DNA of 64,000 bases from Euryarchaeota archaeon UBA86 (lineage in GTDB: Archaea > Thermoplasmatota > Poseidoniia > Poseidoniales > Thalassarchaeaceae), in assembly GCA_002503055.1 (NCBI GenBank), contig DAQX01000029.1, positions 2,674 through 66,673 of the forward strand. Direction: 5' to 3'. The number at the start of each line of letters is the position of its first letter. Position 1 is the stretch's first letter. The notes under the pieces are model-generated. The model saw only the letters and a list, made by a program, of their open reading frames with translations, did not search any database and was not told the origin of the DNA. Below are positions 47,033 to 58,300 of the stretch, piece by piece. The translations under genes and the position numbers were made by a program.

Positions 47033-47109
47033 TGGTGCGCCCGCCGGGATTCGAACCCAGGATATGAGGTTGGAAACCTCAGGTGATAACCAGACTTCAC
47101 TACAGGCGC
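47033..47109 (-). tRNA. tRNA-Gly (anticodon TCC), CCA encoded
   Basis: The reverse complement folds as follows. The acceptor stem is GCGCCTG/CGGGCGC. The D arm is GTGA..TCAC. The anticodon loop is TTTCCAA. The T arm is CTGGG-TTCGAAT-CCCGG. The discriminator is A and is followed by CCA. Confidence 0.85.
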
Positions 47110-47202
47110 GGTACATCTGCGAACACAAACCTCCACTAAACCGATTCGGTTCGAAAATCTATCAAGTGAAGCATTCAAACGCACCCCTCCTCACGGAGGG
47201 GC

Positions 47203-49077
47203 GTGTCTTCCGACAGCAACCAAGTCGATGCTAGCAAAGCGATTAGCAGAGACGCTTCAGACACCGTCGATGACAAACAAGTCGTAGGCCGTAAGATTTG
47301 GCGAATTGCCCCTTATGTCAAGCGTTACTGGAGGCGTGCCTTGGGAGGTTTAGTGTCCAACGGAGCGGCCAGAGCCTTCGATCTTATTCCATTCATCGCC
47401 ATCGGCATGGCAGCCGATTACTATCAGAGTGGCACTTACACAAGTTCGCTAATCGAGTCGTTCGTTAATTCGGGTAATCTACCCTCTCCTGAGATTGGTT
47501 TCGGCGTATTAATTTTGATTTCATTCATCGGATTAGCTGTTTTCCAAGGAATCAGTGAATTCCTTTGGCAGTCTACAGCCTACAAAGTCCAACACGACAT
47601 CAGAATGGATGCTACTGCCAGTTTGATGGCGATGGAAGCATCTTACTTCGAGACTAGACAGACTGGGAATCTGATGGCTGTTCTGTCTGCGGATGTAGCC
47701 CAACTGGAGGATATTGTTTCGGACGCATCTACTTCGATGATTCGTATCCTAATCACATTTGCAACGGCCTTTACGATAATGATCTGGATGTCACCCACTC
47801 TTGCACTAATCTTGGGAATTCCACTTCTCCTGGTGATTCCAATGGTCGTGTGGTTCTCTACCAGAGTCCAGCGAAGGTACCGCAAGCAGAGAGAAAGTAC
47901 AGGGGGAATAGTCTCTATTCTCGAGAATGTGCTTTCTGGAATTGTTACAGTTCAGGCTTACAATGCTGGCAGTTTCGAACTTTCCAGAGTCGAAAGCGAG
48001 AGTGGAGAATATAGGGATCAGGCCATTCATGCAGCCAATTTGAGAAACAGATTCATTCCTGGGATCTATGTTGTCGCTGGCTTATCTTTCGCCTTACTAG
48101 TTTCTGCCGGCGGATGGTTAATGGAGTCAGGTGAGATTACTGTGGGACAGTTCGTCACATTCTTACTAATCTCAACTAGAATGACGATGCCGATGTTCAT
48201 CCTCGGAATGCTTCTGAATCAACTACAGCGAGGCGAGGCTGCATCGAAGAGAGTTTTCGCGATTATCGATCTCGAGCCCACGATATTTGACAGAGAGGAC
48301 GCCATGCCATTGGAGACACCAATCACATCAATCACATTCGACGATGTATCCTTCGCTTACCCAACATCGGAAAACAATGTTCTCAACGGAATAAATCTCT
48401 CAGTATCTTCTGGAGAATTCCTTGGAGTCATGGGCCACACAGGCGCGGGCAAGAGTACCATTCTGAAACTCGTAGAGAGATTCTATGAGCCTCAGCAAGG
48501 GACTGTCAAAATCAATGGTATTGACATCAATGAATACGCGATTAAGACTGTCAGGGAGAGAATAGGCTTCGTCAGTCAAGATCCATTCATGTTCTACGGA
48601 GATATCAGGTCTAATGTCGCCTATGCTAGAGAGGCTACGGATGATGAGATTCAGAAGTCCCTAGAGATTGCCGGGGCATGGGAATTCGTCTCCCAATTAT
48701 CAGACGGAATCAATACCATGGTCGGAGATAGAGGGGTGATGCTATCCGGAGGTCAGCGTGCTAGAATAGCACTCGCTAGAGCATTGCTCAAGGATCCCGA
48801 CTTACTAGTTCTAGACGAAGCATCTGCTGCACTGGATGCAGAGACAGAGAAGAGAATCCAGATGTCTCTCTTCGGAGGTTCCAACGGCGACTCAAATAGG
48901 ATCACAATCGCCGTCGCGCACCGCCTAGCTACAATCAGAAAAGCAGACGAAATTGTCGCGATGGTAGATGGAGCAATAGTCGAGCGAGGACCTCATTCAG
49001 AACTTCTTGAGAACGACAATGTATACGCGTCGCAGTGGTCGATTCAAACAGGCGAACTCGGCGCTTCCGAAGCCTAA
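47203..49077 (+). CDS. ABC transporter, fused permease/ATPase (MsbA/MdlB-like exporter)
   Basis: Six-TM N-terminal half, Walker A GHTGAGKST, signature LSGGQRARIALARAL and Walker B LLVLDEA. GTG start. Confidence 0.9.
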   Translation: MSSDSNQVDASKAISRDASDTVDDKQVVGRKIWRIAPYVKRYWRRALGGLVSNGAARAFDLIPFIAIGMAADYYQSGTYTSSLIESFVNSGNLPSPEIGFGVLILISFIGLAVFQGISEFLWQSTAYKVQHDIRMDATASLMAMEASYFETRQTGNLMAVLSADVAQLEDIVSDASTSMIRILITFATAFTIMIWMSPTLALILGIPLLLVIPMVVWFSTRVQRRYRKQRESTGGIVSILENVLSGIVTVQAYNAGSFELSRVESESGEYRDQAIHAANLRNRFIPGIYVVAGLSFALLVSAGGWLMESGEITVGQFVTFLLISTRMTMPMFILGMLLNQLQRGEAASKRVFAIIDLEPTIFDREDAMPLETPITSITFDDVSFAYPTSENNVLNGINLSVSSGEFLGVMGHTGAGKSTILKLVERFYEPQQGTVKINGIDINEYAIKTVRERIGFVSQDPFMFYGDIRSNVAYAREATDDEIQKSLEIAGAWEFVSQLSDGINTMVGDRGVMLSGGQRARIALARALLKDPDLLVLDEASAALDAETEKRIQMSLFGGSNGDSNRITIAVAHRLATIRKADEIVAMVDGAIVERGPHSELLENDNVYASQWSIQTGELGASEA

Positions 49078-50162
49078 ATGGCTCTATTTCTATCGTCAAT
49101 CTGTAAGCCCGGATTACCGGTGAAAATCCTCCACCAGCCTCGTAATACTCCGATTCCATAGCTCCAGTGCAGAGTGAATATTACAATCGGAGAGAGGAAT
49201 ATAGTAGTCAGATTACGATTCGGCGAGTTACCTGCAGCAGAGCCATACCAAGCGATTAGATTGTACATGAAAATCAGCCATGGAAGGGCCAGGACAAACA
49301 ATCTCTCTATTCCGAGTTCTAGAGTGCTTAGAGAGAAGTCCCACCACGGCGAGGCTAGCCCACCGTTTTCTGATCCCCAATAGAATGCAGCGAAGGCTGC
49401 TATCACAATCGGAGGGAATAATGCCACCATCACATGACTCCAAGAGCGCAAATCGGAATGCTGGTTACTAGCGAGAGTTCTGACTAATCCGTAATTCGAA
49501 ATCTGTTTTCTTACCCGCGAGAGATTCCTTCTGCGATGCCACATTATTGCCGTTCTATCGGTCCACAAACGATGCCCCGCACTTCTGATACTGCGGTCTA
49601 GAAGCACATCCTCTGCACCAATGCTACCTTCTGGAAAGCCACCCACTTCTTCGAGCACTGAGCGCCTGTATGCAGAGTTCACTCCCGGTAACTGCTCGAC
49701 CTCTTCCAGCTCCGAAGCTCCAATCTTACCGTAATTTGTTCCAGCAGTGAAAATACGACTGCAAAAACTCACATCGATGACCTGCTGTTGCAAGGTCGAA
49801 TGGTCTGGAGGGCCAAAGTTAGGGCCACCGACTCCAGCGACTTCAGGCCTCTCGAACCACCTACTCAGTCGAGAAACCCACTCTTCAGGAACAATCACAT
49901 CGTCGTCTGTGAACATTACCAACTCTGAATCGGTCGCCGCGAGCGCTACATTACAAGCGTCTGCGCGTGTTCTGCAACCTTGGTCATCGATGAATCGAAT
50001 TCCTCGAGATTCAGCCTGTTTTCGGCCGGAATCATTAGGCGGTCCAACTACAACCACCTCTAATGATCCAAAGTAGTCCTGTGATTGTAAACCATCCAGC
50101 GCAATGCCCAATTCGTCACTGTTTGCGACACTCGGAATAATGACGCAGACTGAACGACTCAT
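49074..50162 (-). CDS. Family 2 glycosyltransferase with C-terminal TM region
   Basis: GT2 N-terminus (CVIIPSVANSDELGIALDGLQSQDY) and a DxD region (FTDDDV). Hydrophobic C-terminal third. Confidence 0.8.
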   Translation of the reverse strand: MSRSVCVIIPSVANSDELGIALDGLQSQDYFGSLEVVVVGPPNDSGRKQAESRGIRFIDDQGCRTRADACNVALAATDSELVMFTDDDVIVPEEWVSRLSRWFERPEVAGVGGPNFGPPDHSTLQQQVIDVSFCSRIFTAGTNYGKIGASELEEVEQLPGVNSAYRRSVLEEVGGFPEGSIGAEDVLLDRSIRSAGHRLWTDRTAIMWHRRRNLSRVRKQISNYGLVRTLASNQHSDLRSWSHVMVALFPPIVIAAFAAFYWGSENGGLASPWWDFSLSTLELGIERLFVLALPWLIFMYNLIAWYGSAAGNSPNRNLTTIFLSPIVIFTLHWSYGIGVLRGWWRIFTGNPGLQIDDRNRAI

Positions 50163-50199
50163 GGCCCGCGGCGATAGTAGTACCTCAAGAGGTAATAGG

Positions 50200-50949
50200 T
50201 CAATCGTTAGTTACTCTTGGTGCTAGGAAGTAAGTCCAACTGGCACCGCCATCATTGCTATTCCAATCCAGTCGCAGTGGAAACTTATCCTGGAATCTAA
50301 CCTGGACATCGCTAGCCAGCCCCGAAGCCAGCTTTCGAGTGAGTGGATCTAGGAACTGTAGGCTGTAGGTACCTTGTGTTGGCGAAGGGCATGTCAACTC
50401 ACTAAGCTCTCCGGATTCAAAGCTCACATTTACTCCCTCTCCAGCTTCAACAGTAACACTGACTCGCAACTCCTTACTATCGATACTCAAATCGACCAGT
50501 TCTCCGACGAATTTAGCAGCGCGAAGTGACCTACTCAACTTCTCAGCATCTATGGTGGCGCTGCAATTGAAGTCAAGGACTGGTAACTTAGGGTCGGACA
50601 TAGAGTTCGTATCCAGTCCTCTGAGGATACGGTGAACCTGTCCCACTCTGACATTTACGGCCCCCACTGCATCGTCATAGTCAATCTCTACCAAATCCGA
50701 TGGACCTGCAAGCGTTAACAAGTCTCGGAGCTTTCCTAATTCCAGACCAATCTCAACTGGCTCACACTCGTATGTCTCGAAGCAAGCATCAGAAATTGTA
50801 GCGGAAAGAAGCGCGACATGTGAACCATCCACTACATTGACAGTGAGTCCTTTCTCACCCCAACTCATCTTTGCCTCTTCAGTGAGGACAGAGAGGAGAT
50901 CAACAATCTCTCTCATCAGTTGTGTGTTTGCTGTGACTCTTAGCATCAT
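50200..50949 (-). CDS. pcn: DNA polymerase sliding clamp PCNA
   Basis: ~250 aa. The pattern EEAKMSWGEKGLTVNVVDGSHVALL and the C-terminal YFLAPRV are typical of archaeal PCNA. ATGs at 50949 and 50946. Confidence 0.85.
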   Translation of the reverse strand: MMLRVTANTQLMREIVDLLSVLTEEAKMSWGEKGLTVNVVDGSHVALLSATISDACFETYECEPVEIGLELGKLRDLLTLAGPSDLVEIDYDDAVGAVNVRVGQVHRILRGLDTNSMSDPKLPVLDFNCSATIDAEKLSRSLRAAKFVGELVDLSIDSKELRVSVTVEAGEGVNVSFESGELSELTCPSPTQGTYSLQFLDPLTRKLASGLASDVQVRFQDKFPLRLDWNSNDGGASWTYFLAPRVTND

Positions 50950-51016
50950 ATCACCTCGTCTGTATTGCACTGTAGTATTGGAGGTCTTTCATCCTTCGTG
51001 GTTGGCCTCTAAGGGT

Positions 51017-51397
51017 CTATTGGTACTCTCTGAACTTCTTCCCACAGTTCTTGCAGGTGCAGATTTTTGTTTCAGGCTCGTCTGAACTCCTAGTTTGCAT
51101 CAGGACTACGAAAATCTCATTCTTATCGCACTCAGGACATCGAATATCCCCTACTCTGAGCACTCCCTTGCCCTCTTCCTCTTCCACAACTTCGGTTAGA
51201 TGCTTCAGAGATTTCTCCGAGCCCGATGCTGTAGCGTTGGCAAGATCAATGGTCTCTCCAGTCATTGGATCAGTGAATGTGCCGCCCTTTCCATCGTCGC
51301 CGCTCAAAGGGCCCTCGTAACCACATTTGTAGTTAGGACACTTGATGCATCCAGATGCATCTGGATACGACAACGCTCCACATTCAGGACAAAACAT
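51017..51397 (-). CDS. tfs: Transcription factor S / RNAP subunit M-like zinc-ribbon protein
   Basis: N-terminal zinc ribbon (CPECG...CPNYKC). C-terminal ribbon with an acidic hairpin (CPECD...QTRSSDEPET...CKNCG). ATG at 51397. Confidence 0.85.
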   Translation of the reverse strand: MFCPECGALSYPDASGCIKCPNYKCGYEGPLSGDDGKGGTFTDPMTGETIDLANATASGSEKSLKHLTEVVEEEEGKGVLRVGDIRCPECDKNEIFVVLMQTRSSDEPETKICTCKNCGKKFREYQ

Positions 51398-51543
51398 CTC
51401 TCTCAAACCCTAGTCGGGGCTCAACCAACCGAACAGGGACAAACCAACCGTCTATTCAACTATTCTGTGGAATGACTCCTCCTAAGCATCACAGAAGCGA
51501 TTGGAACCGCACCGTTCAAGCCTCACAGCACTGCCCGGCATAT

Positions 51544-52548
51544 GTGAGGTTACATTACGATTGGAGGATGGCCCGCGTGGTCGACGACGATGCAAACATC
51601 GTTGATGAGATTTCATGGACTTCAAAACATTCTGTCGGAGCACTAACTGATAGACTGGAGGAACTTCAGTCAGGAAACCTGAGTCCAGAGGCCAAAACTC
51701 TCGCAGAAAGATTCCCAGACGCGCGCCCAGACAGTATGGCCGTACTCTCGGATCCCGAATGGCCCGACTTGAGTGAAGATGAACATTCTATGCTTTCCGC
51801 GGCCTCAGCCAGATTGGCGAAGCGAGGAGTTGCAAACTCTGCTGCTGACCCAGATCGCAGACTCGACATGCTTTCGGGTGCGACTAGCGAACTCCGAGCT
51901 GCATGGGGAACTAGTGAGGCCAGATGCGTCGAGTGGGCAGGCCTTTTCCTTCCAGATGCTGATTTGGATGCACAGAGGGAACAGATTCCAGCAGCTATTG
52001 CTGATGCGGAATCGATCGATTCGGCTGCTACAACCCTAGGTTTGCAAACTCCAGAACATTCTCCTGGTGAACAGGAATGGGTTGCCTTGTGCGCTCATGC
52101 TAGAGGAGTAATAGAATTGGCTGAGAGATTAAACTCGGCTGAACAGGCAACTCGGTCACTCGCACAGCAATATGTGCCCACGCTGAGTCTACTCGTAGGT
52201 CCTCTTGGAGCAGCCAAGATGGTGACTCTTGCCAGAGGCCGAGAGAGATTGGCCCGTATGCCCAGCGGTAGTTTACAGGTACTGGGAGCCAGTGGAGCCA
52301 TGGCTGCACACAGGAGAGGAGCACCACCACCAAAGCACTCTCCAATTCTTTTCTCACTACCACAGGTCTCAAAGTCGCCTAGATGGGTCCGTGGCAAGAT
52401 TGCCCGCTATCTTGCTGGAAAGTGCTCAATCGCAGTAAGAGTAGACCACTTCAATGGAGAGCCTTGGGGAGACGAGCAGATCGACGAGATAAACAAAGAA
52501 TGTCAGAACATCAAGGACAGGTTCCCAAAACCCCCTAAGAGGAGGTAA
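51544..52548 (+). CDS. nop5: Nop5 (Nop56/58) C/D box sRNP core protein
   Basis: C-terminal NOP domain (LLVGPLGAAKMVTLARGRERLARMPSGSLQVLGA...KIARYLAGKCSIAVRVD). The start is uncertain: ATG 51472, GTG 51544 or ATG 51568. Confidence 0.8.
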   Translation: MRLHYDWRMARVVDDDANIVDEISWTSKHSVGALTDRLEELQSGNLSPEAKTLAERFPDARPDSMAVLSDPEWPDLSEDEHSMLSAASARLAKRGVANSAADPDRRLDMLSGATSELRAAWGTSEARCVEWAGLFLPDADLDAQREQIPAAIADAESIDSAATTLGLQTPEHSPGEQEWVALCAHARGVIELAERLNSAEQATRSLAQQYVPTLSLLVGPLGAAKMVTLARGRERLARMPSGSLQVLGASGAMAAHRRGAPPPKHSPILFSLPQVSKSPRWVRGKIARYLAGKCSIAVRVDHFNGEPWGDEQIDEINKECQNIKDRFPKPPKRR

Positions 52549-52550
52549 GA

Positions 52551-53249
52551 ATGAGCCGCAAGCCAGCGAAACTTGCATGGGGCGTGCGTCGCGAAGGCCG
52601 CTCTCTATGGACAAGGAATGCAGTTAGAGGGGTCTCTCTAAGGGGAGAGCGCAGGAAGACAGATTCGAGAATAGAATGGAGGTCCTGGGCAGCATCAAAA
52701 TCGAAAGTAGCTGCTGCTTTATTGAGGACCTCAAACAACCCCTCTGAATTGCTACCAGAAACTGGCTCTACATGCTTGTACCTAGGTGCATCTTACGGCT
52801 CAACTGTAAGCCATATTCACGACCATGTCTGTGGTTCGGGAAACCACCATCGAGGACAAGTTGTAGCAGTAGAGATTTCTCCGCGTGCGATGAGAGAACT
52901 ATCTACGCTCGCTGCCAGCAGGCCAGGATTAGTCCCAGTTCTTGCTGATGCTCGAGTGCCAAGTCAGGTTGTACCATTCATGCGCGGTAAGGCAGATTGG
53001 ATGCACCAAGATTTGAGCATTGCAGATCAGGCCCAGTCTTTCGTAAATATGGCTCAAGCCTTCCTTAGGCCAGGAGGCACTGGTCTACTATCTTTGAAAG
53101 CGGCTAGTGAGAGGTCGTCACAAGGAGATGATGACAGCAGATTTGCTATGGCCGAGCAAATTCTAGAAGATTCCGAACTCAGATTAATTGAGAGAATTGA
53201 CCTAACTGGATTGGAAGAACAGCATGTTCTTTTCCATGTCAAGGGCTAA
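52551..53249 (+). CDS. flpA: Fibrillarin (rRNA/tRNA 2'-O-methyltransferase)
   Basis: The pattern includes W.P.RSK.AAA, a SAM-binding segment (CLYLGASYGSTVSHI) and VVAVEISPRAMRELS. A GGAGG lies 5 nt upstream, inside the nop5 3' end. Confidence 0.85.
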   Translation: MSRKPAKLAWGVRREGRSLWTRNAVRGVSLRGERRKTDSRIEWRSWAASKSKVAAALLRTSNNPSELLPETGSTCLYLGASYGSTVSHIHDHVCGSGNHHRGQVVAVEISPRAMRELSTLAASRPGLVPVLADARVPSQVVPFMRGKADWMHQDLSIADQAQSFVNMAQAFLRPGGTGLLSLKAASERSSQGDDDSRFAMAEQILEDSELRLIERIDLTGLEEQHVLFHVKG

Positions 53250-53257
53250 CTCATTCT

Positions 53258-53689
53258 CTAGAAAAATGCTAATCCACCAAGTGCTGCTCCGCCACCGACG
53301 ATTAATATTCCATATCCAATCAGTGAGAGGTAGTTCAGAACTAGTCCAATAATCGCCTCATTGCGCCTGAGTCCACCTAGGTTGTTGGCGTCCCTGAGTC
53401 CCAAGTGACCTAACACAATTCCGACAATCATGGTTATCGGTGCAAGACAGGCAGTAAAGCAAAGGAACGGGGCCGAGATATGGCATACCCAAGTCGCTAT
53501 TCCCAATACTAAGCTGATAGTGGCATTATCGTTATTCTGAGGGATTGGGACCATGGGGCTCACAAATGCTCCGGCATTTGCAGGTGCATTCGTATAGGGA
53601 TCGAACTCCTGCTTATCGTCACCAGTTGATGGACTGCCATCGAATACCGGGCCGCTTTGTGAGTCCTCCATGTTTGTACACATTCGCAT
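53258..53689 (-). CDS. Small membrane protein (DUF4190-like)
   Basis: Soluble Pro/Asp-rich N-terminus followed by two long hydrophobic helices. The start is uncertain. Confidence 0.5.
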   Translation of the reverse strand: MRMCTNMEDSQSGPVFDGSPSTGDDKQEFDPYTNAPANAGAFVSPMVPIPQNNDNATISLVLGIATWVCHISAPFLCFTACLAPITMIVGIVLGHLGLRDANNLGGLRRNEAIIGLVLNYLSLIGYGILIVGGGAALGGLAFF

Positions 53690-53746
53690 TCGGATTTAAT
53701 ATCTACCAAGAGTCAGAATCATGGAGTCGGACCTTCTCAGGTAAAC

Positions 53747-54598
53747 ATGCCCGAGTTGCCCGAGGTCGAGACCGTTAGGCGCGGATTGGAGAGACATCTG
53801 CTAGGCCGGACGATTGAGCGAGTAGAACTCAGAAGGCCAGATCTTAGATTCCCATTTCCACCAGGATTTGAGAGGATGCTCTCAGGTAGAATCGTGGAGA
53901 ATCTCGACAGACGGGCAAAGTATCTGCTGACAAGACTTAGTGGAGGTGTGACATGGATGTGCCATCTAGGAATGACCGGTCGATGGACATTGCTCGATGC
54001 TAATAGCACCGAGGCAGATGATGGACCTCATGACTGGGTAGTATTGCATCTCGATGACGGCGGTAAGGCAGTGTTTACTGATCATCGAAGGTTCGGTTTC
54101 ATGGATGCATTCGAAACCGACAAACAGAATCAGAACAAGTTCCTATCCAAACTCGGTCCAGAACCTACTCCAGATTACCTGACTCCAATGGATCTTGCTG
54201 ATGCACTTAGGGGACGCAAAACTCCGATGAAGTCTGCATTGCTAGATCAATCCACAGTGGCCGGTCTTGGGAATATTTATGTCTGTGAGATTCTATTCAG
54301 ATCTGGAGTCTCGCCAAAGAGAAGCGCATCTTCTGTAGCCGGCAAGTCAGGAGTCACAAAGCGAGTAGAGAGAGTTACTGCAGCAACTCATGATGTCATT
54401 ACTGAGGCAATCGATGCCGGTGGCTCGACCATCAGTGATTTCGTCAATGTAGAGGGCGACTTGGGTTACTTCAGCCACTCCTTCCAAGTCTATGGAAGGG
54501 AAGGAGAGGCATGTGTAGTTGAGGACTGCAAGTCAACTATCAGACGTATCGTGCAGTCAGGAAGATCGACCTTCTATTGCCCGAATTGTCAGCGCTAA
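53747..54598 (+). CDS. mutM: Formamidopyrimidine-DNA glycosylase (Fpg/Nei family)
   Basis: N-terminal MPELPEVE, an H2TH region and a C-terminal CxxC...CxxC zinc finger (CKSTI...CPNCQ). Confidence 0.85.
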   Translation: MPELPEVETVRRGLERHLLGRTIERVELRRPDLRFPFPPGFERMLSGRIVENLDRRAKYLLTRLSGGVTWMCHLGMTGRWTLLDANSTEADDGPHDWVVLHLDDGGKAVFTDHRRFGFMDAFETDKQNQNKFLSKLGPEPTPDYLTPMDLADALRGRKTPMKSALLDQSTVAGLGNIYVCEILFRSGVSPKRSASSVAGKSGVTKRVERVTAATHDVITEAIDAGGSTISDFVNVEGDLGYFSHSFQVYGREGEACVVEDCKSTIRRIVQSGRSTFYCPNCQR

Positions 54599-55354
54599 TC
54601 AGCGTAGCATCAGCATCGTTTTGACAATCATTAGTTGTAGTCTAATTGGCAAAATCCTACCCAATAGAGGGACTCCCCAATTGACAAAACCCGGAATGAC
54701 TTCTCTTCGTCTATTCATCATCGCTCTCACAGCAATCTTAGCCACTCTTTCAACACGCATTGCACTCCAAAGCTCCACGCCTGTGAGTTTCATTCCCGAG
54801 ACTTCTTGGAAACCAGTCTGAACATATCCGGGGCAAAGCGCAGTAACCGAAACTCCGGCCCCCTTCAATTCAGAACTCATCGCACGTGACAGGGAGAGAA
54901 CATACGACTTGCTGGCACAATAGACAGCCATGCCAGGTCCGGGCTGGAAAGCAGCAATTGAGGCCACATTCAGTATCTTCCCACTTCCTTGACTTTTCAT
55001 CTTGGTAGAATAATGGTGCCCTAAGGCAGTCAATGCCCTGATATTGACATCTACAATTCCTAACAATTCATCAGAATCTTGTTCTGTCATTTTACCGTAT
55101 AATCCATATCCAGCATTATTGACCAGTATGTCCACATTCTCATTCAATTGGATTAGCCTATCGACCTCTGCAGGAATTGAGAGATCTGCCGTGATAACTT
55201 CAACTTTAGTGGAATCACTTAATTCCTCAGCTAGAGAATTTAGCAGATTTTCTCGCCTTCCCGTAATTATCAGACGATCTACTTTGGTTGCTAGAATCTT
55301 GGCTATCTCTAGTCCAATACCGCTGGATGCACCAGTGACAAGTGCTACTGACAT
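54599..55354 (-). CDS. Short-chain dehydrogenase/reductase
   Basis: TGASSGIG cofactor motif and a YCASK catalytic tetrad segment. Confidence 0.85.
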   Translation of the reverse strand: MSVALVTGASSGIGLEIAKILATKVDRLIITGRRENLLNSLAEELSDSTKVEVITADLSIPAEVDRLIQLNENVDILVNNAGYGLYGKMTEQDSDELLGIVDVNIRALTALGHHYSTKMKSQGSGKILNVASIAAFQPGPGMAVYCASKSYVLSLSRAMSSELKGAGVSVTALCPGYVQTGFQEVSGMKLTGVELWSAMRVERVAKIAVRAMMNRRREVIPGFVNWGVPLLGRILPIRLQLMIVKTMLMLR

Positions 55355-55366
55355 TCAACAGCCTCA

Positions 55367-58300
55367 TCACATGTTTCGGCGGAACTTTCCACCAGTCTCA
55401 AACAGGGCCTGTGTGACTTGTCCAACCGTACAATAATCCACTATATCCATCATAACCTCAAACAGGTTTCCACCCTCGCGAGCGACCTGCTTCAGTCTAG
55501 CAAGACCAGCCTCGGCCTCAGCCGAATGAGCCTCTTTGAACTCCTTGTTACGGCCGATTACCATATGACGCTCAGACTCATCTGAACGAGTCACATCGAC
55601 ATCGAAGTCGTCAGACGACATTACCGCAGAACCTTCGTCGATGTAGGTATTTACGCCCACTATAGGCAACTCCCCTGAGTGCTTGCGCTGCTCATACACC
55701 ATCGACTCATCTTGGATACGGTTACGCTGGTAGTTGACCTCTAATGAGCCTAGTACTCCTCCTCGCGCATGCATCTCCTCGAAGATTCTCAGAACTCTCT
55801 CCTCCACATTGTCGGTCAACCACTCGGCAAAGAATGAGCCCTGTAGTGGATTCTCGTTCTGAAGCCAACCATACTCCTTAGACAAAATCAGTTGGATTGC
55901 AACAGCGTCCCTGACAGTATCTTCAGTTGGTGTTCCGAAAGCCTCGTCACGACTGTTTGTATGTAGTGAGTTTGCGTTGTCAGCGAGGGCGTAAAGGGCT
56001 TGCAAGGTTGTTCGGTAATCATTCCAAGTAAACTCCTGAGAGTGCAGGCTTCGCCCACTTCCCTGAATATGGTACTTGAGTTTCTGACCTCGGTCTCCGA
56101 CACCATACAAATCGCGCATAGCGATGGCCCAGATTCTTCTACTAACTCGACCAATCACACCGTATTCTGGGTCCATGCCGTTTGAGAAGAACCAACTGAA
56201 GTTACGCAGGAATTTGTCGGCATTGAGGCCACGCGCCTTGAACAACTCGACATAGGTCAAACCGTTGGAGAGAGTGAGAGCAGCCTGGCTGATTGGATTC
56301 GCCCCTGCCTCGTCAATATGGTAGCCAGAGATTGAGACGAAGTAGTGGTTACGGACATCATTATCCACATAGAATTCAGCCACATCTCCCATCATTCTCA
56401 GAGCAGTATCAAGATTGAATACTAGGGTGTTTTGGCCCATAGCTTCCTTGAGTTGGTCCGCTTGTACAGTGCCTCGCACAGTGCTTAGTGTTCTAGTCTT
56501 GATTTCGGCATACTCATCTTCAGTCGGATCCCTACCATTCTCTTCTACGAACTTGGCTACTTGCTGGCGGATTGCAACTGTAAAGAATGCAGCAAGGTGC
56601 CACCAGTAATTGCCATTTATTGTCTTAGATACTGATGTATTAGGTGCGCACAAATCGAAACCTTCGAACAACTTCTCCATCTCATCTACAGTACTGATTG
56701 ATACTCCTGATTCACACACCTTACCGAAGATATCGAGCCTTTCTACTGGATCATGTCCGTAAAGACTGGGCGAATCAAAAGCGACCGATAGTCGGTTGAA
56801 CGGTTGATCTCTGGAAAGGAAGTGGTAGCGCTTGTTAGTACGCTCAGCGCTCCCCTCGCCAGCAAACATCCTGACCGGAAGCTCGTCTGCTCGCTTGAAT
56901 GGGAATACACCACCAGTGTAAGGGAATAATCCGGGCGCATTTTCTCTCCGAATCCATTCAAGCCTGTCTCCCCAATCCTCGGTATCTGGTAGTGCAACCC
57001 GAGGCAAATCCAAGCCAGATAGGGTGGTCCTAGTTGTTTCAACGGGAATCTCCTTTCCTCTGACTGTATAACTCGCTTCTCCGGATCTGTAGGCGGCCGC
57101 CCTTGCTTCGAAATCCTCGAGAGCCTGCCAAGCCTCCTCTGCAACTTCTGCTCTGACGCCTACGGCCTCCTCAGCCAAATCATCTGCAGCCGTATCCTTA
57201 CCGCTCGATCGCATTTGTTCGGCCGAAGCCTCTAGTTGCTGAACAAGTCTAACTCGACGAACAGTCTCATCGGTTCTCTGATGGTAACTACGGACAGAAG
57301 AAGCGACTTCTGCCAGGTAACCCTGCCTTTCTGAAGGAATAGGATTTGAGCGGTGTGGCAGACCATCCTTGCCAATTCTAGCTGGAGCCGCATAGAAGTC
57401 TGCGCCGAGTTTTTCACTAAGGATACCCGACAATCTCTCCCATAGCATGTCAACTCCGGCATCTGCGAACTGACTAGCAATTGTTGGAATCACAGGCAGA
57501 GTCGAATCATCTGCATCCCACAACTCCCGATTGCGCTTGAACTGCTTACGAATCTCAGAGAGGGCCTCTTCGGAACCTCTCCGATCGAACTTGTTGAGCA
57601 CAATGAGATCGGCTGCATCAAGCATCTCCAACTTCTCTAATTGGCTTGGAGCTCCATATTCGCGAGTTGTTACATACATCGAGACATCAGCGACCTCGGT
57701 AATCGCATCATCACCTTGCCCGATTCCACTAGTCTCTACGAATACCAAATCGAAGCCAACTGCCTGACAGACCTGAACTGCCCTGTCCACACAGTCAGCG
57801 ATTTCTCGTCCGCTTTCTCTGCTAGCGAATGAGCGCATGAACAGGTTCTCATCAGAGAGAGAATTCATCCTTATCCTATCGCCCAGAAGTGCCCCCCCAG
57901 TCCTCTTTCGCGTTGGATCAGTTGCAAGTAGAGCGATTTTCATTCCAGGATTATCTCTCTGAATTCTAAGCATAATCTCATCAGTCAGACTAGACTTACC
58001 GGCCCCTCCAGTTCCTGTCAGCCCTACTATAGGACAAACTTCCTCCTCAGGGCGTGAACGAACTCGCTGTAGAACAGCCGAGAAAGAATCCTCGTCACCG
58101 TTCTCTGCTAGTGTGAGTATTTTTGAGACAGAACCATGGTCATCAGCCGTTACAGGGTTAGCCAGAGAATCAAAGCGAGAAGAATCCAGCAAATCCGCAT
58201 TCGATGCTCTTTCCATGGCATCCTGTACCATTCCGACAAGCCCTAGATTACGACCATCATCAGGCGAGTAGATTCGGGCAATATTCTTCTCATCTAGATG

